Below are positions 42,892 to 53,876 of a stretch of 64,000 nucleotides of DNA, one piece after another. The stretch is taken from the NCBI GenBank assembly GCA_039923495.1, contig JBDTCO010000042.1:7925-71924 (forward strand). The letters run 5' to 3'. The translations under genes and the position numbers were made by a program. The notes beneath the pieces are model-generated. The model saw nothing but the letters and a program-made list of their open reading frames with translations, did not search any database and had not been told where the DNA came from. Source of the stretch: Polyangia bacterium (GTDB lineage Bacteria > Myxococcota_A > Polyangia > Palsa-1104). Within the stretch, counting starts at the first letter, position 1. Each line of letters begins with the position of its first letter.

Positions 42892-43272
42892 ATGAAGTCG
42901 TCACGTGAGCTCGGGGTGGCATTCGTGTTGCTGGCGGTGTTGTTGCCCGCGTGCCGCGGACAGTCGATGGCCATCGTCGGTGACATGATGTGCCCGAGCG
43001 ACAGCACGAGCTGCGCGGGTGCCGCACCGAGCTACGCTTCCGACGTGGCGCCGCTCATCGAGAGCAACTGCAGCGGGTGCCACATGGCGGGCGGCAGCGC
43101 AGCGGATCGACCGCTCACGTCGTACGACGCGTTGTTCAAGCTCAAGGGCTCCGCGTTCACCGCGGTGTATGGGTGTGTGATGCCGCCTGCCGACGACGCC
43201 GTCGATCAGCTCACGCCCGACCAGCGCACGACCCTCATCCAGTGGCTCGCGTGCGGCGCGCCCAACAACTGA
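42892..43272 (+). CDS. Small mono-haem cytochrome c-like lipoprotein
   Basis: ATG 42892. Signal/lipobox VLLAVLLPAC. A single CSGCH motif, and a C-terminal LIQWL pattern as in planctomycete-type cytochrome c domains. Confidence 0.6.
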   Translation: MKSSRELGVAFVLLAVLLPACRGQSMAIVGDMMCPSDSTSCAGAAPSYASDVAPLIESNCSGCHMAGGSAADRPLTSYDALFKLKGSAFTAVYGCVMPPADDAVDQLTPDQRTTLIQWLACGAPNN

Positions 43273-43273
43273 C

Positions 43274-45251
<1,978 letters not shown>

Positions 45252-45255
<4 letters not shown>

Positions 45256-46457
45256 AGCGCGTCCTGGCTGCGCTCGCGCTCGCGGGTTGTGCGCATGCGC
45301 CGGTCGTGCGGCCTGTCGATCGGCTCGAGCTGCCGGTGGTGAGCGTCGAGACGCCTTCTGCCGGCTCGATCCAGCACGCCGCCGAGCTCGAGGTGCGCGG
45401 CACGCTGCACACCGGTGACGGGCGCGGCTGGGTCTGGGTCGACGGCACCCAGGCCGAGGTCCACGACGGCACGTGGGTCGCGCACCGTGTGCCGCTCCAC
45501 GAGGGCTCGATCGAGCTCGGCGTCGTGCTCACGGATTCCGCGGGGACGAAGGTGCGCGTGAACGTCCCGCTCGTCGTCGAGACGCACGACCGGCCGTTCT
45601 CGGATCACCTGTGCGTGGGCGAGACGTGCCTGCGCTACGAGACGCGTGGCGTGCCGGTGCGCGACGCGGCGGGGATCATCACGAACGCCGTCGTCGTCGT
45701 CAGTGCGTACGGCTTCGGTGAGAAGCTCGACGCGCTGTGGCCAGAGCTCGTCGGACCGGGGCGCGCGCTCGACTCGCGGACCCGCTACGTCATCGGTGTG
45801 GCATCGGACGCGGGCGTGCCGGTGGAGACGCTGATGGCGTCGCTCGCGCTCGCAAAGACGACGCCGCTCGTCGGTGCCTCGACGTATGGCGCGGAGGCGG
45901 TGCTGCGCCTCGTGGCGCGATCGCCGGCGTGGGTGGGCCCCGTGGTGATCTGTGGCGGTCACGACCGACCGTGGGACGAGCCGCTCGTGCGCGCGGTCCG
46001 GCAGGCGCTCGATGGACCGGACGCATGGCGGCGTGTCGTCTCGCTCATGGTGCCCGCGAGCTACACGCCGCACTACCTCGCCGACGTCAGGCACGCATCG
46101 GAGCATGGGCTCGTCGACGAAGCGCGCGTGCAGGGTCTCGAGAAGGCGTTGATCGAGCGGCAGCTCGCGCGACCCGCGTCGATCGCCGCCTTGCGGGAGA
46201 GGCTCGATCGCGCGCAGGCGCTCAGCAAGGCGCCGCTCCTGTTCTCGGGGCTTGCGGGGCGCCGCGTGACGCTCGTCGTGAACACGCAGGACCGGCTCGT
46301 CGCGCTCCTGCGGGTGCGTGCGCTCGGTGATCGCCTGCGTGCTGCCGGTGCAACGGTGAAGTTCGTCCCCTTCGACGATGAGCTCGGGCACAGCGCCTAC
46401 TTCCGTCATGCGCCGCCTGCGCTGGAGCAGGCGCTCATCGAGCTGGTGAAGCCGTGA
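45252..46457 (+). CDS. Lipoprotein of unknown function (possible alpha/beta-fold C-domain)
   Basis: GTG 45252 overlaps the upstream stop. Lipobox ALALAGC. No clear catalytic motif. Confidence 0.5.
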
Positions 46458-47233
46458 GATGGGTGGTTGTCCTGCTGCTGGTGACGGGATCGGCGTTCGC
46501 CGACGAGCTGCCCGCCTGTCGTGCGCTCTACAAGGCCGTCGTGTTCGATGGCGCCGTCGACTACGAGAAGCTCGCCGCGCACCCACGAAAGGCCGAGTGC
46601 GCCAAGGCGCTCGCCGACGCGCGGCCCGAGGAGCACGGCGCCGCGGCGCTCGCGTTCTGGGTCGACGCCTACAACCTGCTCTCGCTGCTCGCGATCGCCG
46701 ACGAGCCCGAGCGCTGGAGCGTGCGGGAGGATGGTGGCGCGCTGTTCCGTACACGCATGTTCTCGGTGGCCGGACGCACGCTCACGCTCGATCAGGTCGA
46801 GAAAGATCAGATTGGCCGCCTCACGCACGATCCACGCGTCGAGTTCCTGCTGTCGTGCGGCTCGCGCTCGTGCGGCCTCTTGGCCCCCGATGTCATGGCA
46901 AAGGTCACCGGCTCACCCGAGGCCGACCCCGACATCCAGAAGAGCCTCGACGCCGGCATGGTCGATGGCATGCGCCGCTGGTTCGCTCGCGCCGACAACC
47001 TGCGCGTCCGCCGCGACAACGGCACCGTCGAGGTCGGTCAGCTCCTCCAGCTCGACTGGCACGGCAGCGACTTCGAGCGCGCGGGCATCACCCTCGTGAG
47101 GCTCGTCGCCGAGGCCCTCGACCAGAAGGATCCCCAGGCTGCGAAGGACCTTCGCACAGGCAAGCTCCGCCTCGCCATCCACCCCTACGACTGGCGCACC
47201 AACCGCGTCCGCCGGACCTTCATCCTCCCCTGA
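46454..47233 (+). CDS. DUF547-domain protein, secreted
   Basis: GTG 46454 overlaps the upstream stop. FWVDAYN, LTLDQVEKDQIGRL and DPRVEFLLSCGSRSCG are typical DUF547 motifs. Confidence 0.65.
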   Translation: MRWVVVLLLVTGSAFADELPACRALYKAVVFDGAVDYEKLAAHPRKAECAKALADARPEEHGAAALAFWVDAYNLLSLLAIADEPERWSVREDGGALFRTRMFSVAGRTLTLDQVEKDQIGRLTHDPRVEFLLSCGSRSCGLLAPDVMAKVTGSPEADPDIQKSLDAGMVDGMRRWFARADNLRVRRDNGTVEVGQLLQLDWHGSDFERAGITLVRLVAEALDQKDPQAAKDLRTGKLRLAIHPYDWRTNRVRRTFILP

Positions 47234-47244
47234 GCCGCGTCCCG

Positions 47245-48453
47245 TCAGGTGGGTTGGAAGCGGGCCAACATGGGGTTGGGACCACTGGATCTGACGGCCA
47301 GGTTCCTGGCCTCGGCGGTGCGACCGAAGAAAGCGGTGATGCCTTCGATCATGCGGTCGACGTCGGCGTCATGGAAGCGCGCCAGCGGGAGCGGCAGGCG
47401 GATGACGACGCGCTTCCACACAGGGTTCGGAAACGCGAGCGCGCGGACGCCGGACAGCGTGTAGAGCCAGCCCTCGAGCGCTCGTGCACGGAGCGGTACG
47501 GTGCCCAGCGCCGACGCGGGCACCGGCACGTAGACGGCGTGACCGCCGATCGGGTCGAGCACCTCGATCCCGGCGCGGCGCAGCCCTTCGGAGAGCCGCA
47601 CCAGCAACGCACGGCGCGCATGGAGGGGTGCAAGATCACGCGCGATCGCCTTCATGCCAGCCGCGAGTCGCACGCGCGCATCGAGTGGCTCGAGCAGCGT
47701 GCCCTCGTCGAAGCAGTACGAGAACACCGCGTGCTCGAGCGCCTCGTCACGCACCGCGACGAGAGCCCCGTACGGCGTGAGCAGCTCCTTCGAGCAGCTG
47801 ACGGTGAACGCGTCTGCGAGCGCGCAGAACTGTGCTGCCGTCGAGAGCGGAAGCCCGAGCGAGACGATGTTGGCGAGCAGGCGCGGCACGTCGAGCACGA
47901 GCAGCGCGCCCGCCGTCGAGCACAGCGCGCGGACCTGCGTCGTGTTCTCGAGCGACAGCGGCCACCCGCCGAGCGTGTTGTTGCACGGCTCGAGGTACAC
48001 CACGTCCACGTCGCCGCGCGCGAGGCGCTGCTCGAGCCACGCGAGATCGAGGTCGGCCGTGCCGGTCGGCGGTGCCGTCGGTGCCAGCTCGATGGTTGCA
48101 TTGCCGTGACGGTGCAGCGCGTGCTGCACCGTGCGGAACAGGCCGTGCGTCACGACGACGAGCCGCGGCTTGCGGAGCTTGTGCGAGAGCGCGGAGAGCA
48201 GCGCCAGCTCGGCCGAGCGTCCCTTCGTCGCGACTACGTAGCGCGCCGGTCCATAGATCGCCTCTGCAAGCGCAGCGAGGTCGGGCTCGCGTGCGCCGAT
48301 TGCGGCGGCCCTTGCGCTCTCATCGTTCACCGACGAGACGAACGACCGCGAGGGCACGTCGGTGAGCAGGTCGTACTCGATGTCGGCCGGATCGAGCAGC
48401 AGCACGTTGTAGCTGGCGCGCTCGAGGCAACGCTGGCGATCGTCGGGCGTCAT
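47245..48453 (-). CDS. PLP-dependent beta-eliminating-lyase-family protein (tryptophanase/tyrosine-phenol-lyase-like)
   Basis: The fold-type I pattern is present over the full length. Candidate PLP Lys in TVSCSKELL. Start is ATG 48453 (or 48495). The upstream 1.5 kb of the 929-aa track ORF is antisense shadow of the AMP-ligase gene. Confidence 0.55.
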   Translation of the reverse strand: MTPDDRQRCLERASYNVLLLDPADIEYDLLTDVPSRSFVSSVNDESARAAAIGAREPDLAALAEAIYGPARYVVATKGRSAELALLSALSHKLRKPRLVVVTHGLFRTVQHALHRHGNATIELAPTAPPTGTADLDLAWLEQRLARGDVDVVYLEPCNNTLGGWPLSLENTTQVRALCSTAGALLVLDVPRLLANIVSLGLPLSTAAQFCALADAFTVSCSKELLTPYGALVAVRDEALEHAVFSYCFDEGTLLEPLDARVRLAAGMKAIARDLAPLHARRALLVRLSEGLRRAGIEVLDPIGGHAVYVPVPASALGTVPLRARALEGWLYTLSGVRALAFPNPVWKRVVIRLPLPLARFHDADVDRMIEGITAFFGRTAEARNLAVRSSGPNPMLARFQPT

Positions 48454-48501
48454 GATGAGGCCAACGTACCGGAACGCGCGCGAGCGTGACAACATGGCGC
48501 C

Positions 48502-50106
48502 ATGCAGAGCTCGCCGTTCCCTAGCAAGGAGCCGCCGCGTACCGTCGACGAGATGTTCCGCGCCGCCGTCGCCGCGCACCCCGATCGCGACTTCATCGTC
48601 GCCGTCGAAGGCAACCAGCACCTCACGTACAAGGAGGTCGCACGCCAGGTGGATGCGCTCACCGAGTCGCTCGCAGCGCACGGGGTCATCGCAGGCGATC
48701 GCATCGTCTTCTTCCTCGAGGCGTCGCTGCCGACGATCTTGATGGACCTCGCGTGCGCGCACATGGGGGTCGTGCCGGTGCCGCTGTCTCCGACGTTCTC
48801 CGCGCGCGCGCTGGCGCAGCTGTGCACGCGCACGAACGCACGCGCGGTCTTCACCGACCGCACGCACGCAGCGATTCCCGAGGCGTCGCCGCCGGTGCTG
48901 CACCTCGGCGAAGGCGGCAACCTCGACGCCACGCCGAAGCGCAGCGCCGCCGATGCCGCCGCGCGGCTCACGTCGTTGCCGCAGCACGGCCCCGCCAGCT
49001 GCTTCTTGTTCCAGCCCACGTCGGGCACGACGGGCGAGCCGAAGATCATCATGCGCTCGCACGCGGTGTTCGATCGCGTGGCGCGGGTGCACGCGCGCGA
49101 CATCCCGGAGTCGCCCCAGCGCCTCCTGCTCGTCGCCGCGCTCACGCACGGCATGGGGCAGTACGCGCTCGCGACCGCCCTGCACCTCGCGGGCACGCTG
49201 TGCCTGCCGACCGCGATCGACACCGACTCGAACCTGCAGGAGATCCGCGCGCTCGACCCGACGTTGCTGTTCCTCACGCCGCGCGTGATGCGCGCGCTCC
49301 ACGAGCAGCGCACGCCGGGGGATGCGCGCTGGTTCGGCCCGAGCGCGTTCCTCGTCTACTGCGGCGGCGCCGCGACGCAGCCCGAGCTGCTGCGCCGCTT
49401 GGTCGACGATGGCATCTTCGTCTCGGAGGGCTACGGCGCGAGCGAGATCTCGCTCCTTTCGCAGACGTTGCCGGGTCGGTGGAAGGAAGGAACGTCGGGC
49501 GAGGTGATCCCCGACGTCACGCTGCGCACCGCCGAGGATGGCGAGCTCCTCGCGAAGTCGCCCGGCGCGATGATCGGCTACTTCGACGACGCCGAGCTGA
49601 CGCGCCAGGCCTTCACCGACGATGGCTTCTATCGCACGGGCGACTACGCGAAGGTGGAGGACGGGTACCTTCGCTACCTCGGTCGCAAGCGCGACGTCTT
49701 CAACACGAACGAGGGTGCCAACGTGCACCCGGGGCGCATCGAGGCCCTCGTGGAGCACATGCCCGGCGTCAAGCAGGCCGTGCTCGTCGGTGATCAGCGC
49801 AAGTACCTCGCAGCGCTCATCGTCGTAGATGGTGCAGCGTCGGGTGCAGCGGCTGGCGTCACGTCGAGCGCGCCCGACGGCTTCCTCGACGAGCGCGAGC
49901 ATGCGGCGCTGTACGAACGCATCCGCACGGCGCTCCAGCCGATGAACGACGGGCTCGAGGCCATCGAGCGCGTGCGCCGGTTTGCGCTGTTCGCGACGCC
50001 GTTCCCGACCGAGATGTACCGCCTCGTGGGACATGCCAAGGTGAGTCGCAACCGCCGCCTCCTCGAAGAGGGGTACGCGGCCCGGATCTCGTCGCTGTAC
50101 ACGTGA
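48502..50106 (+). CDS. AMP-dependent synthetase/ligase (ANL superfamily)
   Basis: QPTSGTTGEPKIIM, EGYGASE and GDYAKVEDGYLRYLGRKRD. Confidence 0.85.
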   Translation: MQSSPFPSKEPPRTVDEMFRAAVAAHPDRDFIVAVEGNQHLTYKEVARQVDALTESLAAHGVIAGDRIVFFLEASLPTILMDLACAHMGVVPVPLSPTFSARALAQLCTRTNARAVFTDRTHAAIPEASPPVLHLGEGGNLDATPKRSAADAAARLTSLPQHGPASCFLFQPTSGTTGEPKIIMRSHAVFDRVARVHARDIPESPQRLLLVAALTHGMGQYALATALHLAGTLCLPTAIDTDSNLQEIRALDPTLLFLTPRVMRALHEQRTPGDARWFGPSAFLVYCGGAATQPELLRRLVDDGIFVSEGYGASEISLLSQTLPGRWKEGTSGEVIPDVTLRTAEDGELLAKSPGAMIGYFDDAELTRQAFTDDGFYRTGDYAKVEDGYLRYLGRKRDVFNTNEGANVHPGRIEALVEHMPGVKQAVLVGDQRKYLAALIVVDGAASGAAAGVTSSAPDGFLDEREHAALYERIRTALQPMNDGLEAIERVRRFALFATPFPTEMYRLVGHAKVSRNRRLLEEGYAARISSLYT

Positions 50107-50182
50107 TTCTCGACGGGATCTTTGCGGTGGGTGACGTAGATCGTGTAAAATAGAGCGACTTCGGATCAGCTACCCAAGAGGA

Positions 50183-52708
50183 ATGCGCATGTCCCAGCGC
50201 CTCGTCACGATCATCGACACGGATGTAACTCTCGCCACGCACCTGCAAGGGGAGCTCGCGCGCTACGGCCTATCTGCGGAGGTGCTTGCCGACGCCAACG
50301 AGCTGATGGGGCGCAAGGACGGCCTGCCCGAGCTGGTGGTGCTCTGCATCGACCCAAAGCGAACGGGCTGGGCCGTGTGCAACCGCCTTCGCAAGAGCCC
50401 TCAGCTGAAGTCGATCCCGCTCATCATCACGAGCGCCGAGGCCACCGAGAAGGACTTCGACGATCACAAGAAGCTGAAGACTCGTGCCGAGGAGTACCTC
50501 CACAAGCCCTTCAGCGTCGACGCGCTCATCGAGAAGATCGGCACGCTCATCACGATGCCGGATGCTGGCGGCGTCGAGATGGAAAGCCAGGAGATCGACA
50601 TCGAGGCCGATCTCGGGGACATCGATGTCGAGCCCGAGGAGATCGGCGACGCCGTCGAGTACGCCGACGAGATGACGATGGGCGGCAACGCTCGTACGAA
50701 CCACCGCGGGTTCGAGCAGGCGGGCGAGGACGAGCGCACGCGCATCGGCTTCACCTCGGAGATCGACGGTGAGGTCGATCTCGAGACGAACGCCGCCTTC
50801 GCGGCCATCGGTCTCGACGATCCCGCCGAGCAGACGATGCAGCGGCCCATGCCGACGGCGTTCGACGACGATCCGTTCGGTCTTCCCGAGCCGCCCGTCA
50901 CACCGGCGCGTGCGGCAGCACCGCCCGTGCATGCGCCGCCCATCCCGCCCGTGGCTGATGCGCCGCCGGTCACCTCGGCGTCGTCTCCGTTGTTCACGCA
51001 CGCTCCGGCGGACCAGGACTCGGGACCGGTGCCGAAGCTCGACACGGCCGAGCTGGAGCTCGCGGACATCGCGCGCGACGCGGAGCAGCTCGTCGCGGAG
51101 ACGCCACCGCCCATCGCCCACTCGGTCGCGTACGACAACAGCGCGCTCGAGGCTGCGCAGCGAGAGATCGAGCGGCTCCATCGCGAACTCGACGATGCAC
51201 GAGCCAAGGCTGCGGCTGCACCTGCGGCCGCGGCTGCGTCGTCGTCGTTCACGCGCGACCGCGAGTTCCTCACGCTGCGCGAGACGATCAACAAGAAGGA
51301 AAAAGAAGTCCTCGATCTGAAGGACGCGCTCGACGCGAAGGATCGTCAGATCCTCGACGGCAAGGACAAGCTGCGCGAGGCCGAGCGCAAGACGCGTGAA
51401 GGCGACGAGCGATCGCTGGCCACGGAGCGCGAGCTCGTGGCGGCGCGCGAGAAGATGGAAGCGCTCGCGGCCGACAAGGATCGCGGCGTCGAGCGCGAGA
51501 AGCAGTCGAAGGAGCGGCTCGAGGACACGCAGAAGGCGCTCGCTCGCGCCGAAGGTGAGATCGAGACCTGGCGTGGCAAGCACGCGACCGACACCGCTGC
51601 GCTCGACGAGAAGTTGAACCAGACGGTCTCGAAGTATCGCGAGGAGATGGGGCAGCTCCGACAGCAGCAGGCCGAGTCGCTTGCAGAGCTGAAGACGGAG
51701 CACACGAAGGCGCTCGCCAGCACGCGCTCCGAGCACGAGACGCGTGTGCAGACGCAGGTGGCGGAGCACGCCTCCAGGATCGAGTCGCTGGTCGCCGAGC
51801 ATGAGACGGCGCTGAGCGTCCAGGCCGACGAGCATCGAGGCACGCTCGATACCGAGCTCAAGGCTGCGGAGCGACGGCAGGGCGAAGCTCTCGTCAACCT
51901 CGAGACGAAGCACGAGGCCGCGCTCGAGGAGGCGACGGGCCGTCACAAGGAGGCGCTGCGCGCGCTGACGGAGGAGAGCAAGCGCACGCTCGAGCAGGCG
52001 ATTGCCGATCACGTCGCGGAGCGTGGTCGCCTCGAGGCGGACCACACGCGCGCCCTCGAGACGCTGGATACGAACAAGACGGAAGAGCTCGCGCAGCTTG
52101 CACTCCAGCACGCCGATGCGCTGGCGAAGGCGGAGGAGGCTGCGACTTCAGCGCAGGTCGAGGCGCTGTCGGCGAAGGAAGCGGAGCACGAGGCGGCGCT
52201 CGTCGCGGCGCGTGAGGCGCACGGTCGCAAGCTGCAGGCGCTCGAGGAGTCGCACGACGACCTCAAGGCGGGTATGCAGGCGCGTCACGCGACGCAGATC
52301 AAGGATCTGCGCGCGCAGTACGACGCGGCGGTCGTCGAGTGGAACGCGGCCATCACCGAGCGCGACGGCATCATCGGACAGCACCGTGATCGCGGTGAGG
52401 AGCTCGAGACCGCGCTCGCGGCGGAGCAGGCGCAGTCACACATGCATGCTCGTCGCATCCAGGAGCTCGAGGACGAGGCCGAAGCTGCCGCGAGCTCGCT
52501 CGCCGAGCGCGCGCAGACCGTCCAGACCCGCGACGCGCGTATCTCGGAGCTCGAGCAGGAGAGCGCGCGATTCCAGGACCAGATCCTGCGGGCCTACCAG
52601 CGCATCAAGGCCGACGAGAGCACCGTACAGCGCGCCAAGAAGGCCCTCGCTATTGCGCTCACGCTCCTCGAAGAGAGCGAACCCGAAAAGGACGAAGCCG
52701 TCTCCTGA
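50183..52708 (+). CDS. FrzS/AglZ-like protein: N-terminal (pseudo)receiver domain, Pro-rich linker, long coiled coil with His-bearing 11-residue repeats
   Basis: The N-domain resembles FrzS (LVVLCIDPKRTGWAVCNRLRKSPQLKSIPLIIT...HKKLKTRAEEYLHKPF). About 480 aa of Glu/Ala/Leu/Arg coiled coil. Confidence 0.7.
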   Translation: MRMSQRLVTIIDTDVTLATHLQGELARYGLSAEVLADANELMGRKDGLPELVVLCIDPKRTGWAVCNRLRKSPQLKSIPLIITSAEATEKDFDDHKKLKTRAEEYLHKPFSVDALIEKIGTLITMPDAGGVEMESQEIDIEADLGDIDVEPEEIGDAVEYADEMTMGGNARTNHRGFEQAGEDERTRIGFTSEIDGEVDLETNAAFAAIGLDDPAEQTMQRPMPTAFDDDPFGLPEPPVTPARAAAPPVHAPPIPPVADAPPVTSASSPLFTHAPADQDSGPVPKLDTAELELADIARDAEQLVAETPPPIAHSVAYDNSALEAAQREIERLHRELDDARAKAAAAPAAAAASSSFTRDREFLTLRETINKKEKEVLDLKDALDAKDRQILDGKDKLREAERKTREGDERSLATERELVAAREKMEALAADKDRGVEREKQSKERLEDTQKALARAEGEIETWRGKHATDTAALDEKLNQTVSKYREEMGQLRQQQAESLAELKTEHTKALASTRSEHETRVQTQVAEHASRIESLVAEHETALSVQADEHRGTLDTELKAAERRQGEALVNLETKHEAALEEATGRHKEALRALTEESKRTLEQAIADHVAERGRLEADHTRALETLDTNKTEELAQLALQHADALAKAEEAATSAQVEALSAKEAEHEAALVAAREAHGRKLQALEESHDDLKAGMQARHATQIKDLRAQYDAAVVEWNAAITERDGIIGQHRDRGEELETALAAEQAQSHMHARRIQELEDEAEAAASSLAERAQTVQTRDARISELEQESARFQDQILRAYQRIKADESTVQRAKKALAIALTLLEESEPEKDEAVS

Positions 52709-52717
52709 GCAGGGTGC

Positions 52718-53800
52718 TCAGGTGAAGGCTTCCATGATGCCCCGGGTGACGAAGATCTCGACGAGCTCCGGGTCGAACTGAGGGCCGGCCTGCTTGCGGA
52801 GGATCTTCTTGCACTCCTCGAACGGGATGGCGGCCTTGTACGGACGGTCGGTGGCCATCGCGTCGTAGGCGTCGGCGAGGCAGACGATGCGAGCAATGAG
52901 CGGGATGTTCTCGCCAGAGAGGTTGTCGGGATAGCCGCCGCCGCCCCAGCGCTCGTGATGGTTGCGGATGCAGGGCACGACGGGCCGCAGCATGTCCAGC
53001 TGGGACGCGATCTGCGCCCCGACGAGCGGGTGGATGCGCATGTGCGTCCACTCCGTCTCGTCGAGCGCGGCGGGCTTGGTGAGCACGGCGTCGCGGACGC
53101 CGATCTTGCCGATGTCGTGCAAGAAGGAGCCGATCTCGAGCTGCTCGAGATCGATGTCCGACATGCCGGCCTCGCGTCCGAGCGCCATCGCGAACACGGC
53201 GGTGCGCCCGCAGTGGCCCTTCGTGTACGGATCCTTGGCCTCGATGGCCTCGGCGAGTCCGAGCAGCGCCTGACGCGACGACGCCTTGAGCTGGTCATAC
53301 GCCACCTGCAGCTCGCGGGTGCGTTCCTTGACGACGACGTCGAGCAGCTTCTCGCGCTTCTGCATGCGGCCGTACTCGACGCCGAGCTTCTTGATGAGCT
53401 CACGCTGCTCGCGCTCGAGCTTCTGCAGCCGCAGGCCCTCGTGAACGATGCCCGCGAGCTGCCAGCGCTGATCGGGCCCCGCGAGGAAGCGGAAGACGCG
53501 ATCGGGGATCTCGGCCGAGAGCTCGAGGCCTTCTTCGACCTCGAGGGTCATGACGATGACGAAGGCGTCGGGCTGCGTGGTGGCCGTCTCGGTGATGATG
53601 CGACGCCCGTCGATCGACCGCAGATCACCGAGCGTGGGCTTCCGGTCGACGATGACCACGGCGTAGCTCGTGCTGACGAGCAAGCGGAGCGCGTCGGGCT
53701 CGCCGTGAGCGAGATCGACATCGACGAGCGAGGCGATGGCGTCGCGGATCTCCGCGGCCGCTTCCCTGCTCGGGTGCACGACGAGAGCGCGAGGGCGCAA
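52718..53800 (-). CDS. Response-regulator receiver plus HD-GYP domain protein (c-di-GMP phosphodiesterase-type)
   Basis: HDIGKIGV, HHERWGGGGYP, and a receiver-like N-terminus (VVIVDRK). Confidence 0.85.
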   Translation of the reverse strand: MRPRALVVHPSREAAAEIRDAIASLVDVDLAHGEPDALRLLVSTSYAVVIVDRKPTLGDLRSIDGRRIITETATTQPDAFVIVMTLEVEEGLELSAEIPDRVFRFLAGPDQRWQLAGIVHEGLRLQKLEREQRELIKKLGVEYGRMQKREKLLDVVVKERTRELQVAYDQLKASSRQALLGLAEAIEAKDPYTKGHCGRTAVFAMALGREAGMSDIDLEQLEIGSFLHDIGKIGVRDAVLTKPAALDETEWTHMRIHPLVGAQIASQLDMLRPVVPCIRNHHERWGGGGYPDNLSGENIPLIARIVCLADAYDAMATDRPYKAAIPFEECKKILRKQAGPQFDPELVEIFVTRGIMEAFT

Positions 53801-53876
53801 GACAATCCAAAGATAGCACGCTCCGTCGGATGCGGGGCTTGGCGATCAAGCTTTGCGCTGCTACACAAGGCCGCGA

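Noticed and set aside
48454-50034. Upstream 527 aa of the 929-aa minus-strand ORF 47245..50034.
   Set aside because: It is antisense to the well-supported AMP-ligase gene and Arg-rich. The lyase-like sequence starts at about 48453.
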